64,000 bases of DNA from Chrysomallon squamiferum (taxonomy: Eukaryota; Animalia; Mollusca). The stretch spans positions 36,828,001 through 36,892,000 of the forward strand of contig CM022665.1 in the NCBI GenBank assembly GCA_012295275.1, in the 5' to 3' direction. The notes beneath the pieces are model-generated. The model was not told the DNA's origin, made no database searches, and was given only the letters and a program-made list of their open reading frames with translations. The position numbers and the translations under genes are program-made. Positions 13,539-28,300 of this stretch are shown here, piece after piece (position 1 is the first letter of the stretch; each line of letters starts with the position of its first letter).

Positions 13539-14605
13539 TTATAATTGACAGATGCAACTTTTCATACAAAATATATCAATTCATTATCTTTTTTTTTTTT
13601 CTTTTTTTAAAGATGAGAGATTCCTTCATTCTTATAATCGAAACCACTGATATTTACTTTATAAAAACAAATGAAATAAATATTTGTTTTGCTATTACTA
13701 TTTTTTTTTTCAGGAAAAAAGTTATCAGTTACTGCAAAAATTCTTCCAATCAATATTCTTATTATCAAACCTACTGAAACATTCAAGATGGAGCATAGAA
13801 TTACCAATAGTGGCAAAAGTGAATGTGTATGATCTTAGAGGAAGACCTGAATTACCACCTGTTCAGAGGTTATTTTACAATGGAAATCTGAGAAATAGAA
13901 AGATTGTGATGCAGATAAAAATAAAAAATAAAATAAAAATCCAAAATCACAAAAAAGCTGAACCTATTTTTTCATATATATAAATATATATCATTTTTTA
14001 AATTATGTACTTGTCTTTTGTCATTAATTAAAGTTATAAGAAACTACATTACCAAATATTACTGGCTTTAAATCTTTTTTTTTTCTTCTTTTTTTTCTGA
14101 TATAATTCTTTTGTTTGCATTAATCTTTTAATTTATTGAATGCTTTTGTTCAAACTGATAATTTCTAACAAAAAATAAAAAAAAAACAGAATGTTAATGT
14201 AATCAGCAAGATGGAGAATTACATGCAACACAGACTATTAAGATAAGCAAAAAAGAACAAGAATTACTAGCGACGCAGAATATTAATTTAACCACTAAGA
14301 AGAATTATATTTAATACAGAAGATTAATGTAACTAACAAGATGAGAAATAAATCCAACAGAGAGTACATGGGTGTGTATCTGCATTTGTGTGTAATCACA
14401 TGATCACAACAAAGCTGAACATATTTGTTTCTTAATAAAAAAATTTACAATCAAAACTCAGAAACTCCTCAAAAGGCTGGAAAATGTATATCTTTAGAAG
14501 TCATATTGGTGTGAATACTTAAATGATTTGAAAAATAATTTAAATTTAAAAAATACAAAAAATGTAAAAGGAATAGATTACATTAGTTAATAATATCTTC
14601 CATTT
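9400..14605 (+). repeat. ~2.18 kb higher-order repeat (about 2.4 copies) in the left part of the array
   Basis: Near-identical blocks offset by 2176-2182 bp (9354/11536/13714; 10795/12971; duplicated ORF-track peptides at 10749/12925 and 11429/13607). Confidence 0.9.
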
Positions 14606-15635
14606 TAAAAAAACCACAATTGCAACAAAGCTGAAAGTATTTGTTTATATACATACTTTTTTTTTTACAAGCGAAACTGAGAAACCCCTGAAAATGCCTG
14701 AAAATGTGTAGCTTTATAAGACATAATGCTGGGAATACTTAAATGATTTGAAAAATAAGAAATTAATTTTTAAACAAAATGTAAAACAAATAAATTACAT
14801 CACCTAATAATGTCTTCTATTTTCTTTTACCTTTCAGAAAGATTTTATTGTTATCTTTAAATATTTTCAGTGTTCATTTAAGAAAAATTTACTAGTAACA
14901 GCAAATATTAACAGAACCAACAAGAATTATAATTAATACAAAATATTAAGCTAAGCAAAAGGACTGAGAATTACTACTAATAGAAAATATTAAAATAACC
15001 ACTAAGAAGAATTATATTTAATAGACTATTAAGATAAGAAAAAAAGAACAAGAATTTCTAGCAACACAGAATATTAATATAATCACCAAGAACAAGAATT
15101 ATATTTAATACAGAATATTAATATAACCATCAAGAAGAGAATTAAATCCAAACAGAATACTGTGTGTTCATGTGTGTGTATGTGTGTATGTGAGATTATC
15201 TTTCACACCTACAAAATGTTTCAATTCATCACAATCTTTTTTCTTTCTTTCTTTTTCAAGACAAGAGATTCCTTCATTCTTACAATCACAACCACTGATA
15301 TTTTCTTTATACAAAGAAATAAAATAAATAAATAATATTTGTTTTGCTATTATTTGTTTTCTTCAGGAGAAAGTTACTGGTTCATCTCAAAATTCTGGGA
15401 ATGAACATTGTTGCTATTAAACATACTGAAACATTCAACTTAGAGCATAGAATTACCAACACTGGCAAAACATTAAATGTCTGATCTTAGAGTAAGATGT
15501 AAATTGCTGCCTCTTCAGAGGTAATTTTACAATGCAAATATCAGAACTGTCTAGAAAGATTGTGATGCAGATTATAAAAAAAAAGAAGGCACAGAAAAAG
15601 CTCAATTGCAACAAAACTGAACATATTTTTATATA

Positions 15636-15671
<36 letters not shown>

Positions 15672-16399
15672 CAATCCAAACTAAGAAACTCCTCAAAATG
15701 CCTGAAAATGTATAGCGTTAGAAGTCATAATGGTGTGAATACTTTAATGATTAAAAAATAGAAAATGTATTTAAAAAAAATTAAAAAGTAACAGGAATAA
15801 ATTACCACAGATAATAATGTCTTCCATTTTCTTTCACCTTTCAGAAAGATTTTAGTACTATGTTTCAATATTGTCAGTGTTAGTTTTAATCCAACACTGA
15901 ATACTCTGCCTGTGTGTGTGAGTGCATGCATGTCTGTGCATGTGTGTGTGTGTCTGTATGATTGCTTGACAGCTACAACTTTTCATATAAAATATATCAA
16001 TTCATTATCTTTTTTCTTTCTTTCTTTCTGAAGATGAGAGATTCCTTCATTCTTATAATCAAAACCACTGATATTTTCTTTCTAAAAACAAATGAAATAT
16101 ATAAATATTTGTATTCCTATTTATTTATTTTTTCTTCAGGAAATAGTTAATGCGAAAATTCTTCCAATAAATATTGTTGCTACCAAACCTACTGAAATAT
16201 TCACAATGTAGAAAACAATTATCAACACTGACATAAAGTTAATGGTATAGGATCTTAGAGGAAAACCTGAATTTCGACCTATTCAGAGGTGTTTTACAAT
16301 ACAATTCCAAAAACAGTCTAGCAGGATTCTGCAGTGAATAAAAAAAAGAAGAAAAAGCAGAAAAAAATACACAATTGCAACAAAGCTGAACATATTCTT

Positions 16400-19300
16400 C
16401 TTTAGGTTTTTTACAATGAAAAATCAAAAACAAATCAAAATGCCTAAAAATGTATACCTATAGAAATGGTAATGCTGAAAGCACTTAAATGATTTGAAAA
16501 ATAAGAAATGAATTTAAAAAAATAAATAAATAAATAAATAATTTTTTAAAAATGTAGAAGGAAAAAATTACTTCAATGAAGTTAATAAAGTCTACCATTT
16601 TCTTTACCTTTCAGGAAGATTTGTGCAATGTTTACACATTTTCAGTGTTTTTTTTACAAACTTCTTACATATACTGTATACATTTTCTTAATTTCATTTT
16701 TATATCATCAACCAACAATAACAATTATCATTAAAACAGAATATTAAGATAAGCAAAACAACTGAGAATTACTAGTAATGCAGAAAATTAATACAACAGC
16801 CTAAAACAAGAATTACATTTAATAGACTTTTAAGATAAGAAAAAAGAATTAGAATTAATAGAAACACAGAATATTAATGTAACCAATGAGAATTATATTT
16901 AATACAGATTGTTAATATAACCATCAAGAACAGAATTAATTCCAACACAGAATACAGTCTGGGTGTCTCTGTGATTGTTTGACACCTACAACTTTTTGTA
17001 CAAAATGTATCATCTTTTTTTCTTTCTTTCTTTTTCAACACAAGAGATTCCTTCATTCTTACAATAAAAACCACTGATATTTTCTTTATACAAAGAAATG
17101 AAATAAATGAATAATATTTGTTTTGCTATTATTATTTTTTCTTCAGGAGAACGTTACTGGTTCATCTCAAAATTCTTCGAATGAACATTGTTGCTATCAA
17201 ATCTACCGAAACATTCAACCTAGAGCATACAATTACCAACACTGGCAATTGCTACCTGTTCAGAGGATATTTTACAATCCAACTGAAATAACAGTCTAGC
17301 AAGATTCTAATGCAAATAAAAAATAATAAAAAGAAGCAAAAAAACACACAATTGTAAAAAGGCTAAATGTATTATTGTTTGTTACTTTTTACAATGAAAA
17401 CACTTAAGCCCCTCAAAATGCCTGAAAATGTATAGCTTCAGAAGTGGTAATGCTGAAAGCACTTAAATGATTTGAAAACTACAAAATGAATTTAAAAAAA
17501 TAAAAATAAATAAATAAATAATTTTTTTAAAATGTAGAAGGAAAAAATTTCTTCAATAAAGTTAATAAAGTTTTCCATTTTCTTCACCCTTCAGGAAGAT
17601 TTGTGCAATGTTTACACACTTTCAGAGTTTGTTTTACAAACTTCTTACATATACTGTATACATTTTATTTATTTTATTTTTATATCATCAACCAACAATA
17701 AGAATTATATTTAATACAGAGTATTAATCTAAGAAGACTGACAATTACTAGTAAAGCAGAATATTAATACAACTGCCAACAACAAGAATTACATTTAATA
17801 GACTATTAAGATGAGAAAAAAGAATTAGAATTACTAGCAACACACAATATTAATGTAACCAATGAGAATTATATTTAATACAGATTGTTAATATAACCAT
17901 CAAGAACAGAATTAATTCCAACACAGAATACAGTCTGGGTGTCTGTGTGATTTTTTGACACCTACAACTTTTCGTACAAAATGTACCATCTTTTTTTCTT
18001 TCTTTCTTTTTCAACACAAGAGATTCCTTCATTCTTACAATAACAACCACTGATATTTTCTTTATACAAACAAATGAAATAAATGAATAATATTTGTTTT
18101 GCTATTATTATTTTTTCTTCAGGAGAACGTTACTGGTTCATCTCAAAATTCTTGGAATGAACATTGTTGCTATCAAATGTACTGAAACATTCAACATGGA
18201 GCATACAATTACCAACACTGGCAAAACGCTTCTGGTGTATGGTCTTAGAGGAAGACCTGAACTGCCACCTCTTCAGAGGTTATTTCACAATGCAACTACA
18301 AGAACAGTGTAGCAAGATTCTAATGCAGATAAAAAATAAAATAAAATAAAAGAAGCAAAAAAACACACAATTGCAAGAAAGCTAAATGTATTATAGTTTT
18401 GTTTTTTTTGACAATGAAAACTCTTAAGCCCCTCAAAATGCCTGAAAATGTATAGCTTCAGAAGTGGTAATGCTGAAAGCACTTAAATGATTTGAAAACT
18501 ACAAACTGAATTTAAAAAAATAAAAAAATAAATAAATATTTTTTTAAAATGTAGAAGGAAAAAATTACTTCAATGAAGTTAATAATGTCTTCCATTTTCT
18601 TTACCTTTCAGGAAGATTTGTGCAATGTTTACATATTTTCAGTGTTTGTTTTACAAACTTCTTACATATACTGTATACATTTTCTTTCTTTCATTTTTAT
18701 ATCATCAATCAACAATAACAATTATAATTAACACAGAATATTAAGCTAAGCAAAAGGACTGAGAATTACTGGTAATGCAGAATATTAATACAACCGCCAA
18801 GAACAAAACTTACATTTAATAAACTATTAAGATGAGAAAAAAGAATTAGAATTACTAGCAACACAGAATATTAATGTAACCAGTGAGAATCATATTTAAT
18901 ACAGATTGTTAATATAACAACCAAGAACAGAATTAATTCCAATACAATACAGTCTGGGTGTCTGTATGATTTTTTGACACCTACAACTTTTTGTACAAAA
19001 TGTATCATCTTTTTTTCTTTCTTTCTTTTTCAACACAAGAGATTCCTTCATTCTTACACTAACAACCACTGATATTTTCTTTATACAAAGAAATGAAATA
19101 AATGAATAATATTTGTTTTGCTATTATTATTTTTTCTTCAGGAGAACGTTACTAGTTCATCTCAAAATTCTTGGAATGAACATTGTTGCTATCAAATGTA
19201 CTGAAACATTCAACATGGAGCATACAATTACCAACACTGGCAAAACGCTTCTGGTGTATGGTCTTAGAGGAAGACCTGAACTGCCACCTCTTCAGAGGTT

Positions 19301-22300
19301 ATTTCACAATGCAACTACAAGAACAGTGTAGCAAGATTCTAATGCAGATAAAAAATAAAATAAAATAAAAGAAGCAAAAAAACACACAATTGCAAGAAAG
19401 CTAAATGTATTATAGTTTTGTTTTTTTTGACAATGAAAACTCTTAAGCCCCTCAAAATGCCTGAAAATTTATAGCTTCAGAAGTGGTAATGCTGAAAGCA
19501 CTTAAATGATTTGAAAACTACAAACTGAATTTAAAAAAATAAATAAATAAATAATTTTTTTAAAATGTAGAAGGAAAAAATTACTTCAATGAAGTTAATA
19601 ATGTCTTCCATTTTCTTTACCTTTCAGGAAGATTTGTGCAATGTTTACATATTTTCAGTGTTTGTTTTACAAACTTCTTACATATACTGTATACATTTTC
19701 TTTCTTTCATTTTTATATCATCAATCAACAATAACAATTATAATTAACACAGAATATTAAGCTAAGCAAAAGGACTGAGAATTACTGGTAATACAGAATA
19801 TTAATACAACCGCCAAGAACAAAACTTACATTTAATAGACTATTAAGATGAGAAAAAAGAATTAGAATTACTAGCAACACAGAATATTAATGTAACCAGT
19901 GAGAATCATATTTAATACAGATTGTTAATATAACAACCAAGAACAGAATTAATTCCAATACAATACAGTCTGGGTGTCTGTATGATTTTTTGACACCTAC
20001 AACTTTTCGTACAAAATGTATCATCTTTTTTTCTTTCTTTCTTTTTCAACACAAGAGATTCCTTCATTCTTACAATAACAAACCACTGATATTTTCTTTA
20101 TACAAAGAAATGAAATAAATGAATAATATTTGTTTTGCTATTATTATTTTTTCTTCAGGAGAACGTTACTGGTTCATCTCAAAATTCTTGGAATGAACAT
20201 TGTTGCTATCAAATGTACTGAAACATTCAACCTAGAGCATACAATTACCAACACTGGCAATTGCTACCTGTTCAGAGGATATTTTACAATCCAACTGAAA
20301 GAACAGTCTAGCAAGATTCTAATGCAAATGAAAAATAAAAAATAATAAAAAGAAGCAAAAAAACACACAATTGCAAAAAGGCTAAATGTATTATTGTTTG
20401 TTATTTTTTACAATGAAAACACTTAAGCCCCTCAAAATGCCTGAAAATGTATAGCTTCAGAAGTGGTAATGCTGAAAGCACTTAAATGATTTGAAAACTA
20501 CAAAATGAATTTAAAAAAATAAAAATAAATAAATAAATAATTTTTTTAAAATGTAGAAGTAAAAAATTTCTTCAATAAAGTTAATAAAGTTTTCCATTTT
20601 GTTTACCCTTCAGGAAGATTTGTGCAATGTTTACACACTTTCAGAGTTTGTTTTACAAACTTCTTACATATACTGTATACATTTTATTTATTTCATTTTT
20701 ATATCATCAACCAACAATAAGAATTATATTTAATACAGAGTATTAATCTAAGAAGACTGACAATTACTAGTAAAGCAGAATATTAATACAACCGCCAACA
20801 ACAAGAATTACATTTAATAGACTATTAAGATGAGAAAAAAGAATTACTAACCAACACAGAATATTAATGTAACCAATGAGAATTATATTTAATACAGAAT
20901 GTTAATATAACCATCAAGAACAGAATTAATTCCAACACAGAATACAGTCTGGGTGTCTGTGTCATTGTCAGACACCTACAACTTTTCGTACAAAATGTAT
21001 CATTTTTTTTCTTTTTCTTTCTTTTTCAACACAAGAGATTCCTTCATTCTTACAATAACAACCACTGATATTTTCTTTATACAAAGAAATGAAATAAATG
21101 AATAATATTTGTTTTGCTATTATTATTTTTTCTTCAGGAGAACATTACTGGTTCATCTCAAAATTCTTGGAATGAACATTGTAGCTATCAAATGTACTGA
21201 AACATTCAACATGGAGCATACAATTACCAACACTGGCAAAAAGTTCATGGTGTATGATCTTTCAGGAAGACCTGAATTGCCACCTCTTCAGAGGTTATTT
21301 TACAATGCAACTCCAAGAACAGTCTAGCAAGATTCTAATGCAGATAAAAAATTTAATAAATATAAAAAGAAGCAAAAAACACACAATTGCAAGAAAGCTA
21401 AATGTATTATAATTTTTATTTTTTTTTACAATGAAAACTCTTAAGCCCCTCAAAATGCCTGAAAATGTATAGCTTCAGAAGTGGTAATGCTGATAGCACT
21501 TAAATGACTTGAAAACTACGAGATGAATTTAAAAAAATAAAAAAATAAATTTTTTTTTATAAAGGTAGAAGGAAAAAAATGTCTTCAATAAAGTTAATAA
21601 AGTTTTCCATATTCTTTACCTTTCAGGAAGATTTGTGCAATGTTTACATATTTTGAGTGTTTCTTTTACAAACTTCTTTCATTTTTATATCATCAACCAA
21701 CAATAACAGTTACAATTAATACAGAATATTAAGCTAAGCAAAAGGACTGAGAATTACTAGTAATGCAGAATATTAATACAACTGCCAAGAAAAAGAATTA
21801 CATTTAATAGACTATTAAGATAAGAAAAAAGAATTAGAATTACTAGCAACACAGAATATTAATGTAACCAATAAGAATTATATTTAATACAGAATGTTAA
21901 TATAACCATCAAGAACAGAATTAATTCCAACACAGAATACAGTCTCTGTGTCTGTATGATTCTTTGACACCTACAACGTTTCGTACAAAATGTATCATCT
22001 TTTTTTCTTTCTTTCTTTTTCAACACAAGAGATTCCTTCATTCTTACAATAACAACCACTGATATTTTCTTTATACAAAGAAATGAAATAAATGAATAAT
22101 ATTTGTTTTGCTATTATTATTTTTTCTTCAGGAGAACATTACTGGTTCATCTCAAAATTCTTGGAATGAACATTGTAGCTATCAAATGTACTGAAACATT
22201 CAACATGGAGCATACAATTACCAACACTGGCAAAAAGTTCATGGTGTATGATCTTTCAGGAAGACCTGAATTGCCACCTCTTCAGAGGTTATTTTACAAT

Positions 22301-25300
22301 GCAACTCCAAGAACAGTCTAGCAAGATTCTAATGCAGATAAAAAATTTAAGAAACATAAAAAGAAGCAAAAAACACACAATTGCAAGAAAGCTAAATGTA
22401 TTATAATTTTTTTTTTTTTTTACAATGAAAACTCTTAAGCCCCTCAAAATGCCTGAAAATGTATAGCTTCAGAAGTGGTAATGCTGATAGCACTTAAATG
22501 ACTTGAAAACTACGAGATGAATTTAAAAAAATAAAAAAATAATTTTTTTTTTATAAAGGTAGAAGGAAAAAAATGTCTTCAATAAAGTTAATAAAGTTTT
22601 CCATATTCTTTACCTTTCAGGAAGATTTGTGCAATGTTTACACATTTTGAGTGTTTGTTTTACAAACTTCTTACATACACTGTATACATTTTCTTTCTTT
22701 CATTTTTATATCATCAAACAACAATAACAATTATAATTAACACAGAATATTAAGCTAAGCAAAAGGACTGAGAATTACTAGTAATGCAGAATATTAATAC
22801 AACCGCCAAGAACAAAACTTACATTTAATAGACTATTAAGATGAGAAAAAAGAATTAGAATTACTAGAAACACAGAATATTAATGTAACCAATGAGAATT
22901 ATATTTAATACAGATTGTTAATATAACCACCAAGAACAGAATTAATTCCAATACAGAATACAGTCTGGGTGTCTGGGTGATTTTTTGACACCTACAACTT
23001 TTCATACAAAATCTATCATCTTTTTTTCTTTCTTTCCTTTTCAACACAAACGATTCCTTCATTGTTACAATCACAACCATTGATATTTTCTTTATACAAA
23101 GAAATAAAACAAAAAAATAATATTTGTTTTGCTATTATTATTTTTTCTTCAGGAGAACATTACTGGTTCATCTCAAAATTCTTGGAATGAACATTGTTGC
23201 TATCAAATGTACTGAAACATTCAATATGGAGCATACAATTACCAACACTGGCAAAACGATTATGCTGTATGGACTTAGTGGAAGACCTGAATTGCAACCT
23301 CTTCAGAGGTTATTTTACAATGCAACAACAAGAACAGTCTAGCAAGATTCTAATGCAAATAAAAAATAATAAAAAGAAGCAAAAAAACACACAATTGCAA
23401 AAAGGCTAAATGTATTATTGTTTGTTATTTTTTACAATGAAAACACTTAAGCCCCTCAAAATGCCTGAAAATGTATAGCTTCAGAAGTGGTAATGCTGAA
23501 AGCACTTAAATGATTTGAAAACTACAAAATGAATTTAAAAAAATAAAAATAAATAAATAAATAATTTTTTTAAAATGTAGAAGTAAAAAATTTCTTCAAT
23601 AAAGTTCATAAAGTTTTCCATTTTGTTTACCCTTCAGGAAGATTTGTGCAATGTTTACACACTTTCAGAGTTTGTTTTACAAACTTCTTACATATACTGT
23701 ATACATTTTATTTATTTCATTTTTATATCATCAACCAACAATAAGAATTATATTTAATACAGAGTATTAATCTAAGAAGACTGACAATTACTAGTAAAGC
23801 AGAATATTAATACAACCGCCAACAACAAGAATTACATTTAATAGACTATTAAGATGAGAAAAAAGAATTACTAGCAACACAGAATATTAATGTAACCAGT
23901 GAGAATCATATTTAATACAGATTGTTAATATAACAACCAAGAACAGAATTAATTCCAATACAATACAGTCTGGGTGTCTGTGTGATTTTTTGACACCTAC
24001 AACTTTTCGTACAAATGTATCATCTTTTCTTCTTTCTTTCTTTTTCAACACAAGAGATTCCTTCATTCTTACAATAACAACCACTGATATTTTCTTTATA
24101 CAAAGAAATGAAATAAATGAATAATATTTGTTTTGCTATTATTATTTTTTCTTCAGGAGAACATTACTGGTTCATCTCAAAATTCTTGGAATGAACATTG
24201 TAGCTATCAAATGTACTGAAACATTCAACATGGAGCATACAATTACCAACACTGGCAAAAAGCATTAATGGTGTATGGTCTTTGAGGAAGACCTGAATTG
24301 CCACCTCTTCAGAGGTTATTTTACAATGCAACAACAAGAAGTCTAGCAAGATTCTAATGCAGATAAAAAATAAAATAAAATAAAAAGAAGCAAAAACCAC
24401 ACAATTGCAAGAAAGCTAAATGTATTATTGTTTTTTTTTTACAATGAAAACTCAGAAACCCCTAAAAATGCCTGAAAATGTATAACTTTAGAAGTGGTAA
24501 TGCTGAAAGCACTTAAATGATTTGAAAAATAAGAAATGAATTTAAAAAATATAATAAATAAATAAATATATTTCTTTAAAATGTAGAAGGAAAAAATTAC
24601 TTCAATGAAGTTAATAAAGTCTTCCATTTCCTTTACCTTTCAGGAAGATTTGTGCAATGTTTACACATTTTCAGTGTTTGTTTTACAAACTTCTTACATA
24701 TACTGTATACATTTTAATTATTTCATTTTTATATCATCAACCAACAATACAAATTATAATTAATACAGAATATTAAGCTAAGCAAAAGGACTGAGAATTA
24801 CTAGTAATGCAGAATATTAACACAACCGCCAAGAACAAAACTTACATTTAATAGACTATTAAGATGAGAAAAAAGAATTAGAATTACTAGCAACACAGAA
24901 TATTAATGTAACCAATGAGAATTATATTTAATACAGATTGTTAACATAACCATCAAGAACAGAATTAATTCCAACACAGAATACAGTCTCGGTGTCTGGG
25001 TGATGTTTTGACACCTACAACTTTTCGTACAAAATGTATCATCTTTTTTTCTTTTTTTTTTTCAACACAAGAGATTCCTTCATTCTTACAATAACAAACC
25101 ACTGATATTTTCTTTATACAAAGAAATGAAATAAATGAATAATATTTGTTTTGCTATTATTATTTTTTCTTCAGGAGAACGTTACTGGTTCATCTCAAAA
25201 TTCTTGGAATGAACATTGTTGCTATTAAATGTACTGAAACATTCAACCTAGAGCATACAATTACCAACACTGGCAATTGCTACCTGTTCAGAGGATATTT

Positions 25301-28300
25301 TACAATCCAACTGAAAGAACAGTCTAGCAAGATTCTAATGCAAATGAAAAATAAAAAATAATAAAAAGAAGCAAAAAAACACACAATTGCAAAAAGGCTA
25401 AATGTATTATTGTTTGTTATTTTTTACAATGAAAACACTTAAGCCCCTCAAAATGCCTGAAAATGTATACCTTCAGAAGTGGTAATGCTGAAAGCACTTA
25501 AATGATTTGAAAACTACAAAATGAATTTAAAAAAATAAAAATAAATAAATAAATAATTTTTTTAAAATGTAGAAGTACAAAATTTCTTCAATAAAGTTAA
25601 TAAAGTTTTCCATTTTGTTTACCCTTCAGGAAGATTTGTGCAATGTTTACACACTTTCAGAGTTTGTTTTACAAACTTCTTACATATACTGTATACATTT
25701 TCTTTCTTTCATTTTTATATCATCAATCAACAATAACAATTATAATTAACACAGAATATTAAGCTAAGCAAAAGGACTGAGAATTACTAGTAATGCAGAA
25801 TATTAATAGAACCGCCAAGAACAAAACTTACATTTAATAGACTATTAAGATGAGAAGAAAGAATTAGAATTACTAGAAACACAGAATATTAATGTAACCA
25901 ATGAGAATTATATTTAATACAGATTGTTAATATAACCACCAAGAACAGAATTAATTCCAATACAGAATACAGTCTGGGTGTCTGGGTGATTTTTTGACAC
26001 CTACAACTTTTCAAACAAAATGTATCATCTTTTTTTCTTTTTTCCTTTTCAACACAAACAATTCCTTCATTGTTACAATCACAACCATTGATATTTTCTT
26101 TATACAAAGAAATAAAACAAAAAAATAATATTTGTTATGCTATTATTATTTTTTCTTCAGGAGAAAATTACTGGTTCATCTCAAAATTCTTGGAATGAAC
26201 ATTGTTGCTATCAAATGTACTGAAACATTCAATATGGAGCATACAATTACCAACACTGGCAAAACGATTATGGTGTGTGGTCTTAGTGGAAGACCTGAAT
26301 TGCAACCTCTTCAGAGGTTATTTTACAATCAACAACAAGAACAGTCTAGCAAGATTCTAATGCAGATAAAAAATTTAAAACAATAAAAAGAAGCAAAAAA
26401 CACACAATTGCAAGAAAGCTCAATGTATTATTGTTTCTTTTTTTCTTTACAATGAAAACTCAGAAGCCCCTCAAAATGCCTCAAAATGTATAACTTTAGA
26501 AGTGGTAATACTGAAAGCACTTAAATGATTTGAAAAATAAGAAATGAATTTAAAAAATACAATAAATCAATAAATAATTTTTTTTAAATGTAGAAGAAAA
26601 AAATTACTTCAATGAAGTTAATAAAGTCTTCCATTTTCTTTACCTTTCAGGAAGATTTGTGCAATGTTTACACATTTTCAGTGTTTGTTTTACAAACTTC
26701 TTACATACACTGTATACATTTTATTTATTTCATTTTTATATCATCAACCAACAATAAGAATTATAATTAATACAGAATATTAATCTAAGCAAAGACTGAC
26801 AATTACTAGTAATGCAGAATATTAATACAACCGCCAAGAACAAGAATTACCTTTAATAGCCTATTAAGATAAGAAAAAAGAATTAGAATTACTAGCAACA
26901 CAGAATATTAATGTAACCAATGAGAATTATATTTAATACAGAATGTTAATATAACCATCAAGAACAGAATTAATTCCAACACAGAATACAGTCTGGGTGT
27001 CTGTGTGATTTTTTGACACCTACAACTTTTCGTACAAAATGTATCATCTTTTCTTCTTTCTTTCTTTTTCAACACAAGAGATTCCTTCATTCTTACAATA
27101 ACAACCACTGATATTTTCTTTATACAAAGAAATGAAATAAATGAATAATATTTGTTTTGCTATTATTATTTTTTCTTCAGGAGAACGTTACTGGTTCATC
27201 TCAAAATTCTTGGAATGAACATTGTAGCTATCAAATGTACTGAAACATTCAACATGGAGCATACAATTACCAACACTGGCAAAAAGTTAATGGTATATGA
27301 TCTTTGAGGAAGACCTGAATTGCCACCTCTTCAGAGGTTATTTTACAATGCAACTCCAAGAACAGTCTAGCAAGATTCTAATGCAGATAAAAAATTTAAG
27401 AAACATAAACAGAAGCAAAAAACACACAATTGCAAGAAAGCTAAATGTATTATAATTTTTTTTTTTTTTTCAATGAAAACTCTTAAGCCCCTCAAAATGC
27501 CTGAAAATGTATAGCTTCAGAAGTGGTAATGCTGAAAGCACTTAAATGATTTGAAAACTACGAAATGAATTTAAAAAAATAAATAAATAAATAAATTTTT
27601 ATAAAGGTAGAAGGAAAAAAATTTCTTCAATAAAGTTAATAAAGTTTTCCATATTCTTTACCTTTCAGGAAGATTTGTGCAATGTTTACACATTTTGAGT
27701 GTTTGTTTTACAAACTTCTTACATTTACTGTATACATTTTCTTTCTTTCATTTTTATATCATCAAACAACAATAACAATTATAATTAACACAGAATATTA
27801 AGCTAAGCAAAATGACTGAGAATTACTAGTAATGCAGAATATTAATACAACCACCAAGAACAAAACTTACATTTAATAGACTATTAAGATGAGAAGAAAG
27901 AATTAGAATTACTAGAAACACAGAATATTAATGTAACCAATGAGAATTATATTTAATACAGATTGTTAATATAACCACCAAGAACAGAATTAATTCCAAT
28001 ACAGAATACAGTCTGGGTGTCTGGGTGATTTTTTGACACCTACAACTTTTCAAACAAAATGTATCATCTTTTTTTCTTTCTTTCCTTTTCAACACAAACA
28101 ATTCCTTCATTGTTACAATCACAACCATTGATATTTTCTTTATACAAAGAAATAAAACAAAAAAATAATATTTGTTATGCTATTATTATTTTTTCTTCAG
28201 GAGAAAATTACTGGTTCATCTCAAAATTCTTGGAATGAACATTGTTGCTATCAAATGTACTGAAACATTCAATATGGAGCATACAATTACCAACACTGGC

